In this document: piece by piece, positions 17,249-27,906 of the stretch
Layout of the letters: each line of letters begins with the position of its first letter
Numbering within the stretch: the first letter of the stretch is position 1
Source: Myxococcota bacterium
GTDB taxonomy: Bacteria > Myxococcota_A > SURF-8
Direction: 5' to 3'
Assembly (NCBI GenBank): GCA_963674735.2
Contig: CAXXQS010000002.1
Location: 320,001-384,000, forward strand
DNA: 64,000 nt
Notes under the pieces: model-generated
The model's input: the letters and a program-made list of their open reading frames with translations, nothing else
Told to the model about the DNA's origin: nothing
The model's database searches: none
Program-made: the position numbers and the translations under genes

Positions 17249-17821
17249 ATGTCAGACACGAATGAATACCGCAACGAAGAAGGTGGCGGGGCCATTCATC
17301 CCACTTCCGGGCTGGCCCGGGAAGCGGAGGAGGCAACCGGCATCAACGCCATGTCCTGTTACCAGTGTGGAAAATGCTCGGCCGGGTGCCCGCTTTTCGG
17401 CATCACCGATCTGATCCCGCACGATTTGATGCGCTGCATACAGCTTGGGCTGGAAGACCGCGTCCTGCGGTCGCGTCATATCTGGCTGTGTGTGGGTTGC
17501 GAAACCTGCAACACACGCTGCCCCAATCAAATCGATATTCCACGCCTGATGGATTACATGCGCAAGCGGGCCATGGAAAAAGGGGTGGAAGCGGCCGAAC
17601 CCGGCATCAGCGCCTTTCACAACAGCTTCCTCAAAACCGTTAAACATAACGGGCGGTTGAGCGAGTTGGGCATGATGCGCGATTACAAGATGAAAACCGG
17701 CGAGTATTTCAAAGATTTCAAGCTGGGTATGGCGCTGTTCAAGCGCGGTAAAATCAAGCTGTTCTCCCGCAAAGCCGGACGCCGCGACGTACGAGCGATC
17801 TTCGAACGGAGGGGTAAATGA
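17249..17821 (+). CDS. hdrC: Heterodisulfide reductase subunit C-like Fe-S protein
   Basis: CYQCGKCSAGCP and WLCVGCETCNTRCP. Confidence 0.9.
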   Translation: MSDTNEYRNEEGGGAIHPTSGLAREAEEATGINAMSCYQCGKCSAGCPLFGITDLIPHDLMRCIQLGLEDRVLRSRHIWLCVGCETCNTRCPNQIDIPRLMDYMRKRAMEKGVEAAEPGISAFHNSFLKTVKHNGRLSELGMMRDYKMKTGEYFKDFKLGMALFKRGKIKLFSRKAGRRDVRAIFERRGK

Positions 17822-18663
17822 AACTCGCCTATTACCCGGGATGCAGCGGTCATGGCACCGGACGCGAACTGGATGAATCCACCCGCGACCTGTGCGACCG
17901 TCTCGGCATCGAATTGCAGGAACTGGACGACTGGAACTGCTGCGGCGCATCGAGCGCACACAGCATCGACGAAGGGTTGGGCGTCGCGTTGGCGGCCCGC
18001 AACCTGGCCATCGCCGACAAAACCGGCCTGGACGTCATGACGCCCTGCTCGGCCTGCTTCGCCCGGCTGGCCGGTGCACGCAAGCATGTTCTCGAACACG
18101 GCGCGCCCGAGGGTGTGGAAGACGTCACCGGACAATCCAAGGTCTTCCACGTGCTCGACCTCTTCGGCAATGAGGAATTCGTCGAGCATTTCCATGGTAA
18201 GGTGCAAAAGCCCCTCGCAGGCCTCACCCTGGCCTGCTATTACGGCTGCCTCACCAACCGGCCGCCCGAAGTCACCGGCAAAGACAACCCGGAAAATCCG
18301 CGCGAGATGGAAACGCTGCTCGAAGCGGCCGGAGCCGAAACGGTCGACTGGCCGCTCAAGACGGTCTGCTGCGGCGGCAGCCTCACCTTGAGCCGCGACG
18401 AAATCGTGGGTCAGCTCTGCGGAAATCTCTTCGACATGGCGCGCCAGGCCGGCGCACAGGCGCTGGTCACCGGCTGCCCCATGTGCTTCATGAATCTCGA
18501 CCGCCAGTGGGGCGCCGCCAACGAGCAAGGCATCGAAGCCCTGCCGGTGCTCTACTTCACGGAACTGATGCTGTACGCCATCGACCCGAGCCGTGGACGC
18601 AGCCTCTTCAAACATCATCTTAGCGATCCCACACAACTCTTCAGCGAACGGGGGCTGCCATGA
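17818..18663 (+). CDS. hdrB: Heterodisulfide reductase subunit B-like (CCG domains)
   Basis: YYPGC, WNCCGA, YYGC, CCGG and CPMC. Confidence 0.92.
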   Translation: MKLAYYPGCSGHGTGRELDESTRDLCDRLGIELQELDDWNCCGASSAHSIDEGLGVALAARNLAIADKTGLDVMTPCSACFARLAGARKHVLEHGAPEGVEDVTGQSKVFHVLDLFGNEEFVEHFHGKVQKPLAGLTLACYYGCLTNRPPEVTGKDNPENPREMETLLEAAGAETVDWPLKTVCCGGSLTLSRDEIVGQLCGNLFDMARQAGAQALVTGCPMCFMNLDRQWGAANEQGIEALPVLYFTELMLYAIDPSRGRSLFKHHLSDPTQLFSERGLP

Positions 18664-21600
18664 GCGATCGACAACCGGTAGGAGCCATCATGGTGGTGGG
18701 CGCAGGCATCGGCGGAATGCAGGCGTCCCTGGATCTGGCGGAAAGCGGTTTCAAGGTCTATCTGGTCGAACGCGACACCGCCATCGGCGGTCGCATGGCC
18801 CAGTTGGACAAAACCTTCCCCACCAACGACTGCGCCATGTGCATCATGTCGCCCAAGCTGATCGAAGTGGGCCGCCATCCCAATATCGAAATCCTGACCA
18901 GCACGGAAGTGCTCAACGTCGACGGCGAGGCCGGACACTTCGACGTGAAGCTCCAGCGCCATCCGCGCTTCGTCGACCTCGCCCGCTGCACCGGCTGCGG
19001 CGAATGCGTCAAGGTGTGCCCGATCGAGGTTCCCAACGAATACAACATGGGCATGGACGGTCGCCGCGCCATCCGCAAGCGTTACCCGCAAGCCATCCCC
19101 GGCGGCTATTCCGTCGAAAAGCGCGGAACGGCCCCCTGCCGCGACGCCTGCCCTTCGCACGTGCGCGCCCAGGGTTACGTGGCGCTGATCGCCCAGGGAC
19201 GCTTTGAAGAAGCCCTCAAGGTGGTGCGCCGCGATCTGCCTTTCCCGGCCGTCTGCGGCCGCGTCTGCCCGCATCCCTGCGAAGACGCCTGCAACCGCGG
19301 CGAAGTCGATGAACCCATCGCCATTCGCGATCTCAAACGCTTCATCTCCGATTACGAAATGAAGTCGGGCAAAAAGGCCCTGCCGGAAGTCGGCGAAGCG
19401 ACCGGCAAACGCATCGCCATCGTCGGCGGCGGTCCGGCCGGATTGTCGGCCGCCTGGTTTTTGCGCCTCAAGGGTCACGATGCGGTGGTGTACGAGTCCG
19501 CGCCCAAGGCGGGCGGCATGCTGCGCTACGGCATCCCCGACTATCGCCTGCCCCAGGACGTGCTCGACCGTGAAATCGAAACCTTCACCGATCTGGGCGT
19601 GGAAATCCGCTGCAACAGCGCCATCGGCCAGGATCTCAAACTGTCCGACCTCTACAAAGACTACGACGCCCTGTTCGTCGCCGGTGGTGCCCAGAAGGGC
19701 CGCCTGATCGACATCCCCGGTATCGACGGCGTCGGTGTCATGGCGGGTGTCGACTACCTGCGCGGCTCGGCTCTGGGCGAGCTGCCCGCCATCGGCAAGC
19801 GCGTGGTGGTCATCGGCGGTGGCGACGTGGCCTACGATGTCGCCCGCACGAGCCTGCGCCAGAACGACGGCGTCGACGGCGCCGAAACGCATCTGTGTTG
19901 CCTGGAATCGCGCGACGAAATGATGGCCTCCGCCGATGAAATCATCGAAGGCGAGCAGGAAGGCGTCCAGCGTCACAACAGCCTCGGCCCGGCCGAAGTG
20001 CTCAAAGACGCCGACGGCAACGTCACGGGCGTGGCCTTCAAGGCCTGCACGCGCGTCTTCGACGAAGACCACCGTTTCAGCCCGCAATACGACGAGGAAC
20101 AACGCACCGTCATCGAGTGCGATACCGTGATTCTGGCCATCGGCCAGCAGGCCGACACCCGCTTCGTCGAAGGCTCGGGCCTCGACGATATCGCGGCGCG
20201 CGGCTGGTTGCAGGGCGACCCGCTCACCTGCGAAACGCCCGTGCAGGGCATCTTCGCCGGGGGCGACATGTTCGCCGGTCCTTCCATCGCCATCCGCGCC
20301 ATCGCCCACGGCAAGGAAGCCGCCGAGAGCATCGACCGCTACCTGAACAACCGCGACCTGAAAGCCGATCGCGAATGGGACCGTCCCATCGCCGACCGCC
20401 CCAAAAAGCGCGTCGCCAAAGCCCCGCGCCAGCATCCCGCCCTGCGCGACGTTGCCGAACGCAAAGGCGATTACGCCGAACTGGGCGACGGACTCACCGA
20501 AGAACAGGCCGTCACCGAAGCCCAGCGTTGCCTGGCCTGCGGCATCTGCTCCGAGTGCGGCTTGTGCGAGGAGGCCTGTCAGGCCAAGGCCATCGACCAC
20601 GATATGAAAGGCTACGAGCAGACCTTGAGCGTCGGCTCGGTCATCCTCTCGCCCGGCTTCGATCAGTTCGAAGCCGATCAGCTCGGCGAGTACGGCCATG
20701 GCCGCTGGGCCAACGTGGTTACCAGCCTCGAATTCGAACGCTTCCTGAGCGCTACCGGTCCGACCGTCGGACACGTCAAGCGTCCCTCCGACAACAAGGA
20801 ACCCAAAAAAGTCGCCTGGATCCAGTGCGTCGGCTCGCGCGACGAACGCCACGACCGCAAATACTGTTCGGGCGTCTGCTGCATGTTCGCCACCAAAGAG
20901 GCGGTCATCGCCACCGACCACTCCCACGGCGAGCTGTCGACCACCATCTTCATGATGGACCTGCGCGCCATGGGCAAGGGCTTCGACGACTACTGCAACC
21001 GCGCCCAGAGCCAGTACGGCGTGCGCTATGTGCGCGCCACCATCTCGCGCGTGGACGAAGTGCCCGGATCGAGCGACATTCAAGTCACTTACGTGGGGGA
21101 AGACGGCCAGCCGGTGAAAGAAACCTTCGACATGCTGGTGCTTTCCACCGGACTGAAACCGCAAAAAGACGTCAAGGAGCTGGCCAGGCGCGTCGGGATC
21201 GAACTCGATGTCTATGGTTTCGCCAAAAACAGCCCCTATGCGCCCCTGGCCACCTCGCGTCCCGGCGTTTTCGTCTGCGGCGTCATGCAGGGGCCGAAAG
21301 ACATTCCCGAAACGGTGGCCCAAGCCTCCGGCGCGGCCGCCTTCGCCATGCGCGATCTGGCTCCCGCTCGCGGCACGGAAACCATCCAGCCCGAGATGCC
21401 CGCTGAAATCGACACCGAAAGCGGCGATCAACGCATCGGCGTTTTCGTGTGCAATTGCGGCATCAACATCGGCTCGGTGGTGGACGTTCCCGACGTCGCC
21501 GAATACGCCAAAAAACACGGCGATGTGGTGCACTCGGAAGGCGTTTTGTTCGCCTGCTCGCAGGATAACGCCGTGCATATGAAGGAGATCATCAAGGAAA

Positions 21601-23111
21601 AAGGCATCAACCGCCTGGTGGTGGCCTCCTGCACGCCGCGTACCCACGAACCGCTGTTCCAGGGCACCCTCAAGGAAGTCGGCGTCAACCCCTACCTGTT
21701 CAGCATGGCCAACATCCGCGAGCAATGTTCCTGGGTGCACGCCCAAGAGCCGGAGAAGGCCACCGAAAAAGCCAAAATGATGGTGGATATGGCCGTCGCC
21801 AACGCCCGCGAGCTGAAGCCCTTGCACAAGCGCTCACAATCGGTGGTGCAAAGCGCCCTGGTCATCGGCGGCGGACTGGCGGGCATGACGGCCGCCACGG
21901 AACTCGCCACCCAGGGATTCCCGGTAGTCCTGATCGAAAAAAGCGATCGCCTGGGCGGCAATCTCAACCGCCTGCGCGCCACCCACGACGGCCAGGACAT
22001 CAAAGGTTTCAATGAGAGCCTCATCAAAATGGTCAACGAGAACCCGTTGATCACCGTGTATCTCAACGCCAACCTGATCCGCACCACCGGATTCTTGGGG
22101 AACTTCGAAAGCACCATCGAAATCGGCCAGAACGGTGAGAAACGCCGGGAAGTCTACGAGCACGGCGCCACCATTGTGGCCACCGGCGGACACGAAAGCA
22201 CCCCCAAGGAATACGCCTACGGAGAATCGCCCGCCATCATCACCCAGATGGACATGGAAGAAAAGCTGGCCGATCCGGCCACCGATTTCGCGGCCATGAA
22301 AGACATCGTGATGATCCAGTGCGTGGGATCCCGCAATGAGGAACGCCCCTATTGCTCGCGCGTCTGCTGCGCCCAGGCGCTGAAAAACGCCCTGGCCATC
22401 AAGGAACGCGCACCCAAAGCCAACGTCACCGTCCTCATGCGCGAGATGCGCTCCTACGGACTCAAGGAAGACCTCTACAACAAAGCGCGCCGTCTGGGCG
22501 TGCTGTTCATGCGTTACGATGTCGAAAACCCGCCGCTGGTCAAGCCGTCGGACAAGGGCGCGACCGTCACCATCGACCTGCCGCGCATGGGCAAAGTGGA
22601 TATCGAGGCCGATCTGGTCGCTCTGGCGGCCGCCATCGAACCCAATAATACCGATGACGTGGCCACCATCCTCAAGCTGCCGCGCACGGCCGACAACTAC
22701 TTCCTCGAAGTGCACCAGAAGCTGCGCCCGGTGGATTTCGCCTCCGACGGCATCTTTATGGCGGGCCTGGCCCACGGTCCCAAACCGGTGGACGAAACCA
22801 TCGCCCAAGCCGCCGCCGCCGCCGCGCGCGCTTCCAGCGTGTTGTCGAGCAACGAAATGATGGTCGGCGGTCAGGTCTCGGTGGTCGATCCCGACAAATG
22901 CGCCCGTTGCATGTGCTGCGCACGGGCCTGCCCCTACGGTGTCCCCAAATTGGTGGACGGCTACGCCTTCATCGAGCCCGCCGAGTGCCAGGGTTGCGGT
23001 GTCTGCGCCTCCGAGTGTCCGGGCAAGGCCATTCAACTCCAGCACGTAACCAATAACCAGATCAGCGCCATGCTGACGATGTTGAACAACGAGGAGACGA
23101 CCCGTGGCTGA
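18660..23111 (+). CDS. hdrA: Large HdrA-like flavoprotein (HdrL type: HdrA modules plus an inserted GltD-like NAD(P)H/FAD domain)
   Basis: LDKTFPTNDC, two IQCVGSR motifs, CGRVCPHPCE, GGGPAG, GGMLRYGIP and several ferredoxin motifs. 1483 aa. Confidence 0.9.
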   Translation: MSDRQPVGAIMVVGAGIGGMQASLDLAESGFKVYLVERDTAIGGRMAQLDKTFPTNDCAMCIMSPKLIEVGRHPNIEILTSTEVLNVDGEAGHFDVKLQRHPRFVDLARCTGCGECVKVCPIEVPNEYNMGMDGRRAIRKRYPQAIPGGYSVEKRGTAPCRDACPSHVRAQGYVALIAQGRFEEALKVVRRDLPFPAVCGRVCPHPCEDACNRGEVDEPIAIRDLKRFISDYEMKSGKKALPEVGEATGKRIAIVGGGPAGLSAAWFLRLKGHDAVVYESAPKAGGMLRYGIPDYRLPQDVLDREIETFTDLGVEIRCNSAIGQDLKLSDLYKDYDALFVAGGAQKGRLIDIPGIDGVGVMAGVDYLRGSALGELPAIGKRVVVIGGGDVAYDVARTSLRQNDGVDGAETHLCCLESRDEMMASADEIIEGEQEGVQRHNSLGPAEVLKDADGNVTGVAFKACTRVFDEDHRFSPQYDEEQRTVIECDTVILAIGQQADTRFVEGSGLDDIAARGWLQGDPLTCETPVQGIFAGGDMFAGPSIAIRAIAHGKEAAESIDRYLNNRDLKADREWDRPIADRPKKRVAKAPRQHPALRDVAERKGDYAELGDGLTEEQAVTEAQRCLACGICSECGLCEEACQAKAIDHDMKGYEQTLSVGSVILSPGFDQFEADQLGEYGHGRWANVVTSLEFERFLSATGPTVGHVKRPSDNKEPKKVAWIQCVGSRDERHDRKYCSGVCCMFATKEAVIATDHSHGELSTTIFMMDLRAMGKGFDDYCNRAQSQYGVRYVRATISRVDEVPGSSDIQVTYVGEDGQPVKETFDMLVLSTGLKPQKDVKELARRVGIELDVYGFAKNSPYAPLATSRPGVFVCGVMQGPKDIPETVAQASGAAAFAMRDLAPARGTETIQPEMPAEIDTESGDQRIGVFVCNCGINIGSVVDVPDVAEYAKKHGDVVHSEGVLFACSQDNAVHMKEIIKEKGINRLVVASCTPRTHEPLFQGTLKEVGVNPYLFSMANIREQCSWVHAQEPEKATEKAKMMVDMAVANARELKPLHKRSQSVVQSALVIGGGLAGMTAATELATQGFPVVLIEKSDRLGGNLNRLRATHDGQDIKGFNESLIKMVNENPLITVYLNANLIRTTGFLGNFESTIEIGQNGEKRREVYEHGATIVATGGHESTPKEYAYGESPAIITQMDMEEKLADPATDFAAMKDIVMIQCVGSRNEERPYCSRVCCAQALKNALAIKERAPKANVTVLMREMRSYGLKEDLYNKARRLGVLFMRYDVENPPLVKPSDKGATVTIDLPRMGKVDIEADLVALAAAIEPNNTDDVATILKLPRTADNYFLEVHQKLRPVDFASDGIFMAGLAHGPKPVDETIAQAAAAAARASSVLSSNEMMVGGQVSVVDPDKCARCMCCARACPYGVPKLVDGYAFIEPAECQGCGVCASECPGKAIQLQHVTNNQISAMLTMLNNEETTRG

Positions 23112-23541
23112 TTTCGAGCCGAGAATCGTAGCCTACTGCTGCAATTACTGCGCCTTCGCCGCCGCCGATCTGGCCGGTTCGATGCGCCTGCAGTATCCCA
23201 CCAACGTGCGGATCATCCGCATCCCCTGCTCCGGCCGCGCCGAGATCAAGGAGATTCTGGAAGCTTTCTGGAACGGAGCGGACGGCGTGTTGGTGGTCGG
23301 CTGTATGGAAGGGGATTGCCACTTCATCGAAGGCAATTTCAAAGCCAAACGGCGTGTCGCCCGCGCCCGCGAATTAGTCAAAGAAGCGCGCATCGATCCC
23401 GAGCGTCTTGAATTTCACAACAATGCCGCCTCGATGGGTCCGCAACTGGCCCAGTTATTCACCGAGTTCACCGAGAAGATCCGCGCAATCGGACCATTAA
23501 ATGGGGATACTAACCTGGAGCACGTGGAGGTAGGCGCATGA
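23104..23541 (+). CDS. mvhD: Hydrogenase iron-sulfur subunit MvhD/HdrD-delta
   Basis: CCNYCAFAAADLAG, RIPCSGR and GADGV.V.GC..GDCH...GN motifs. Confidence 0.92.
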   Translation: MADFEPRIVAYCCNYCAFAAADLAGSMRLQYPTNVRIIRIPCSGRAEIKEILEAFWNGADGVLVVGCMEGDCHFIEGNFKAKRRVARARELVKEARIDPERLEFHNNAASMGPQLAQLFTEFTEKIRAIGPLNGDTNLEHVEVGA

Positions 23542-24203
23542 TAATGGCGGAACGAAAGCCGATGGCCGAGCTGGAAGCCATGCTCGAACCATTCGCGAAG
23601 ATCGCCCTGGTCGGCTGCAAAGGTTGCGTAACCGTATGCAACGCCGGCGGCGAAAAGGAAGTGGGCATTTTAAGTTCGCAGTTGAAGCTGAGCCGTCGCC
23701 AGCAGGAAAAGCCGCTCGAAATCGTCGAAGTCACCCTGGAACGGCAGTGCGATCCCGAATTCATCGAGATGCTCGATGTTCACCTGGACGGCTGCCAGGC
23801 GGTGATGTCCATGGCTTGCGGGGTGGGCGTGCAACTGTGCGCCGAGAAACTGACCGCCATGCCGGTTTTTCCGTCGCTCAACACCACCTTCATGGGCCTG
23901 ACCGAACAGCCCGGTGAATACGCTGAACGCTGCCAGGGCTGCGGCGCCTGCAAACTGCACCTCACCGGCGGCATCTGCCCGGTCACCCGCTGCTCGAAAA
24001 GCCTGATGAACGGTCCCTGCGGTGGTTCCATGAAGGGCGTCTGCGAAGTACGGCCCGACATTCCCTGCGGCTGGCAGGTGATCATCGACCGCCTCGAAGA
24101 ACTGGGGCAGCTCGATAACTACGAAAAGATCATGGACGTGAACAACTGGTCCACCTCGCGCGACGGCGGACCCCGGCGTATCGTGCGGGAGGATTTGAAA
24201 TGA
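23538..24203 (+). CDS. metV: Methylenetetrahydrofolate reductase small subunit MetV
   Basis: ERCQGCGAC...TGGICPVTRCSKSLMNGPCGG. Directly upstream of metF. Confidence 0.88.
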   Translation: MIMAERKPMAELEAMLEPFAKIALVGCKGCVTVCNAGGEKEVGILSSQLKLSRRQQEKPLEIVEVTLERQCDPEFIEMLDVHLDGCQAVMSMACGVGVQLCAEKLTAMPVFPSLNTTFMGLTEQPGEYAERCQGCGACKLHLTGGICPVTRCSKSLMNGPCGGSMKGVCEVRPDIPCGWQVIIDRLEELGQLDNYEKIMDVNNWSTSRDGGPRRIVREDLK

Positions 24204-25138
24204 TCACCAAAAGCAATCTGGAAGCGGTATTCGAAGCGGGACACTTTGCGATCACGGGCGAATGCGGACCGCCGCGCGGCTGCGATCCCGAGATCGTGAA
24301 GGAAAAGGGCTCCATTCTCAAAGGCTACGTGGACGCCTGCAACGTCACCGACAATCAGACCGCCATGGTGCGCATGTCCTCCGTGGCCGCCTGCAAATTG
24401 TTGCTGGATCTGGGCCTGGAGCCGGTGATGCAGATGGTCTGCCGCGACCGTAACCGCATCGCCATCCAATCGGACATCCTCGGGGCTGCGGCGCTGGGCA
24501 TCCACAACCTGATGTGCCTCTCCGGCGACCACCAGGTTTTCGGCGACCACCCCGGTGCGAAAAACGTCTACGACATCGATTCGATTCAGCTGGTCGATGT
24601 GGTGCGCAAGATGCGCGACGAAGAGCTGTTCCAGGGCGGCAAACCCATCAAGAAGGGCGCGCCCAAGATTTTCATCGGTGCGGCCGCCAATCCCTTCGCC
24701 GACCCCTTCGCCATCCGCGTTCCGCGCCTGGCCAAGAAGGTGGCTGCCGGAGCGAACTTCATCCAGACCCAGTGCATCTTCAACCTCGACCGCTTCGGCG
24801 AGTGGATGGAGGGCGTGCGCAAGCGCGGCCTGCACGAGAAAGTGAAGATCATGGCAGGCGTCACCCCGATGAAATCGGCGCGTATGGCCTCCTACATGGC
24901 CAACAACGTGGCGGGCATGGATGTACCCAAGGCCATGGTGGACCGCATGAAGTCGGTCGAAAAAGAAGAAATGCAGGCCGAAGGCATCAAGATCGCCATC
25001 GAAACCATCAAGCAGCTCAAGGAGATGGAAGGCGTCTCGGGCGTGCACATCATGGCCATCGAGTGGGAAAAAGCCGTCCCCGAGATGGTGAAAGGCGCGG
25101 GACTGTATCCGCGACCCGACATGAGCGGCAACGCCTGA
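24200..25138 (+). CDS. metF: Methylenetetrahydrofolate reductase MetF
   Basis: NVTDNQ, CRDRNRIAIQSD, LSGDH, KKVAAGANFIQTQ and GVHIM motifs. Confidence 0.93.
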   Translation: MITKSNLEAVFEAGHFAITGECGPPRGCDPEIVKEKGSILKGYVDACNVTDNQTAMVRMSSVAACKLLLDLGLEPVMQMVCRDRNRIAIQSDILGAAALGIHNLMCLSGDHQVFGDHPGAKNVYDIDSIQLVDVVRKMRDEELFQGGKPIKKGAPKIFIGAAANPFADPFAIRVPRLAKKVAAGANFIQTQCIFNLDRFGEWMEGVRKRGLHEKVKIMAGVTPMKSARMASYMANNVAGMDVPKAMVDRMKSVEKEEMQAEGIKIAIETIKQLKEMEGVSGVHIMAIEWEKAVPEMVKGAGLYPRPDMSGNA

Positions 25139-25162
25139 TCGTCGTCGTTTTTTGGATTTTGC

Positions 25163-25195
25163 AACGGCCGACTCCTCCGGGGGTCGGCCGTTTTT
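25163..25195 (+). terminator. Rho-independent terminator
   Basis: AACGGCCGACTCC-loop-GGGGTCGGCCGTT followed by a T-tract. Confidence 0.75.
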
Positions 25196-25250
25196 ACGGC
25201 GCTTCAATTCTACTTTTCACCGTTTTTCACCCACTATCATTCGGCTTACG

Positions 25251-25326
25251 GGGTGCCATGGGCCAAGCCTTTGGCTTGCCCATGCTGTTTTCACGGGCAA
25301 ACCTAACGGTTTAGCCCGTGCCACCC
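25251..25326. repeat. Inverted doublet of GGGTG-headed REP-like palindromes
   Basis: GGGTGCCATGGGCCAAGC..GCTTGCCCATG and CACGGGCAAACC..GGTTTAGCCCGTGCCACCC. A related doublet is at 36575-36662. Confidence 0.75.
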
Positions 25327-25464
25327 ACCATCCATCGAAGATGATTCGAGACTCAATCAAAATTGAAACGCCCTACGGCCGTTTTTACGTCACTTGCACC
25401 GACGGACAGCTTGCGGTAAGCTGGCGCTTTCGGATCATCGAACGCTTGCAGGTAGGAGGTTGGC

Positions 25465-26721
25465 GTGAAGCAGGGACACACAGGGGTTTGCCGTTGGACC
25501 GCAATTTGGATCTTGATCGTAACCACCCTGCTTTCGCTCAGCCTACTGACAAATTGCGGCGGCGACGACTCCGCAGCCGATCCCGACGGCGACACGGACG
25601 CGGAATCCGGGGGCGAGACCGACAACCCCGCTCCCAGCCCGAGCGCCTGCCCCTCGGGGATCGTCACCAACGGTTTCTCGCTGCGCTGGGAACGGCTCAA
25701 CCACCGCATCTCCTGGTACAAGCTCCATCCGTTCCTGAACGCCTGCGACCCGCCGTCCGTCGCCGGAGCCACCCTGGATGCGGCTTTCATCGGCGGCAAT
25801 TTCACCACCGGCGAGCAGATGGACGATACCCCGCTTCTCGATTACCGCTATCAGACGGCCCATTCGCCCGACATTCTGGGCTTTGCCACGGGTAAGGCGG
25901 ACTTCGCACTCAGCGCCCCCGAGAATCAAGCCGAACAGCAAGTGGATGTTTCGCTGGTTCAGGAAAGCCTCACCGGCTTCGACCACTACGCGGTGCTCGT
26001 CACGGGTGTGGAATACGACACGCGCGTGGAGCAGGGGCCCGACTACCCCGACGATTACGACCCGGCGCACGGCTACACCAGCCGTGGCATCGGTGCGTGG
26101 TGCAAGGACGTCACGCTGTCGGACGACGGCGCGACGTTGAGCTTCACCGCCGGGCTGCGCTTCGATCACGCCCCGAGCGACCGCGCCAACATGAACCGTG
26201 CCATTCCCGAGGCCAAAACCAAAGGGGCGTTGTACTACACGGTGGTGGGCGTGGAAAACGGCGCCTTGCAAACCGCAACGGTGGACTACACGCTTCGCTA
26301 TCCCGAACCGGTCCCCCTGGAAGACCAGGTGATCGAACACGCCGCCACCGACCTGCGCCGCGTCGAAATCGCGCGCGACCCCGATCTGCCCGATGCCCTG
26401 GTGGGTGTGACGGCCTTCAACTTCGTCCTCGACCCCGACGCCGAAGCGGACGCTGAGGGAGACGTTCCCATCGGCTACTACATTCGTGAGTTCGCCGTCC
26501 TGGCCGAACTGGCCGAGTGGGAGACGGGCTCGGAAACCGGCATCGTGGATTTCGACGGCTACGCCTCGAACGCCACCGGCTTTTTCGCCTTCTATCCGTT
26601 GATTTCGCAATTCACCGGCGAAGTGGCGGTCATTCAATACGACGGCGTCAGCCCTTCCACCTTCCAGCTCCAGGAAGCCTTTAGCACCGGCGCGCAGAGT
26701 TTCGAGTTGGTGGTGAAGTAG
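25465..26721 (+). CDS. Hypothetical lipoprotein with acidic linker
   Basis: Signal peptide, LTNC lipobox and DGDTD linker. Confidence 0.7.
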   Translation: MKQGHTGVCRWTAIWILIVTTLLSLSLLTNCGGDDSAADPDGDTDAESGGETDNPAPSPSACPSGIVTNGFSLRWERLNHRISWYKLHPFLNACDPPSVAGATLDAAFIGGNFTTGEQMDDTPLLDYRYQTAHSPDILGFATGKADFALSAPENQAEQQVDVSLVQESLTGFDHYAVLVTGVEYDTRVEQGPDYPDDYDPAHGYTSRGIGAWCKDVTLSDDGATLSFTAGLRFDHAPSDRANMNRAIPEAKTKGALYYTVVGVENGALQTATVDYTLRYPEPVPLEDQVIEHAATDLRRVEIARDPDLPDALVGVTAFNFVLDPDAEADAEGDVPIGYYIREFAVLAELAEWETGSETGIVDFDGYASNATGFFAFYPLISQFTGEVAVIQYDGVSPSTFQLQEAFSTGAQSFELVVK

Positions 26722-26867
26722 GTCGATTTTATTCCGTTGACTTCTCTTGAAAGTTTACATAAGCTCGCCGTGTAAATATCACCATCATGGTTTGCATAAT
26801 TCCAAATTGGGAATACCCCGCTCGGGATTTTACGGGAGGTGTTTGTCCATGCAAGGGAGGATGAACT

Positions 26868-27467
26868 ATGACGGATAAGAAACTTGCTTTCGTAACAGGT
26901 ATTTTAACTGTGATCGTAACTCTCGCCATCGGCTACGGCACACTGTGTGGCATGTTGGGCGGCATGGATCGCGATATCGCCAATCTCAAGGAAAACTTGA
27001 AAGAACTGAGGGCACAGACGACAGCTTTGGAAGAACGCATACGGGCTCTGGAAATAAAACTCCCACTGCCTAGTGATAAGGCAGCCTGCCGCTTTACAGC
27101 ACCTCTCGACGAAGCGGGAAAACTTGTGGTCCCCGAGGCTGGAACACCGTTTCGAGCTACAGTCGAATTCACTAACGTCGAATCTCTCTCGGCCGACGCA
27201 CGCCTCTACTCTGTTGTTCACGGCGGCGATCAACGCTATTACGTTCAGGACAGTCTGCCGGTGGGAGCAACGCCGAGCATTCAGATGACCTTTACGGTCA
27301 GCGAAAAAAAGCATCCTGAGTGGATTGCGGACCATGTTCTCTACGTGGTACTAGCTCGGACGGCCTCGGAGATCAACACGATGCGACAAGCGCACGGAAA
27401 GAGCCTCAGCGAGTTGCCATCCGGAACGATGCCGCTTTGTTCCATCAATGCGGTCGCGGGACATTGA
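26868..27467 (+). CDS. Hypothetical protein (TM anchor plus coiled coil), lower GC
   Basis: RBS GGAGG. Putative TTGACT-N17-TAAGCT promoter at 26737-26765. Confidence 0.65.
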   Translation: MTDKKLAFVTGILTVIVTLAIGYGTLCGMLGGMDRDIANLKENLKELRAQTTALEERIRALEIKLPLPSDKAACRFTAPLDEAGKLVVPEAGTPFRATVEFTNVESLSADARLYSVVHGGDQRYYVQDSLPVGATPSIQMTFTVSEKKHPEWIADHVLYVVLARTASEINTMRQAHGKSLSELPSGTMPLCSINAVAGH

Positions 27468-27906
27468 GTTAGAATTCGTACCTTCCCCCTTCTCATAACC
27501 TTCGCTCATAAGAAAACGGCTAGGCATCTGTTCATCAATGAATGACCCCTCATTCATCATCGATTCACTCAAGTTGGCGAAACTTCTGCCGATATCTGGT
27601 AAGGGTGCTTTTGCAGCGGCGGGAATCCCCCGTCGCCCGCTGTTCAAGTGGCGCAAAAAGGTTGACATCACGCGGTTTTTTTGGTACGAGCCAGACTGGT
27701 CTTTCCCCTGTGGCGGAATATCGGACTCCGGCTCGAAACAAAGCTTTTCGTTCCGTACAGTCCCGATCGACCCTGCTGAATTTGGATGCTGAACGGGTGT
27801 TCATCGGCACCCGCAACCGACAATTGAATGGTACCGGAAACCGACAACGATTCGTAATATCCGACTCGAGTTCCGACTCAATCGCAAACCCCGATCGACC
27901 GAGGAG

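Noticed and set aside
18615-21827. 1070-aa antisense ORF and similar long shadow ORFs (4085-6205, 7320-9077, 33374-34972, 53579-55213)
   Set aside because: They lie opposite well-supported genes, are expected from GC-rich codon bias, and have no recognisable motifs.
18660-23541. Selenocysteine recoding in HdrA/MvhD
   Set aside because: The ORFs are continuous, with Cys at the relevant motifs.
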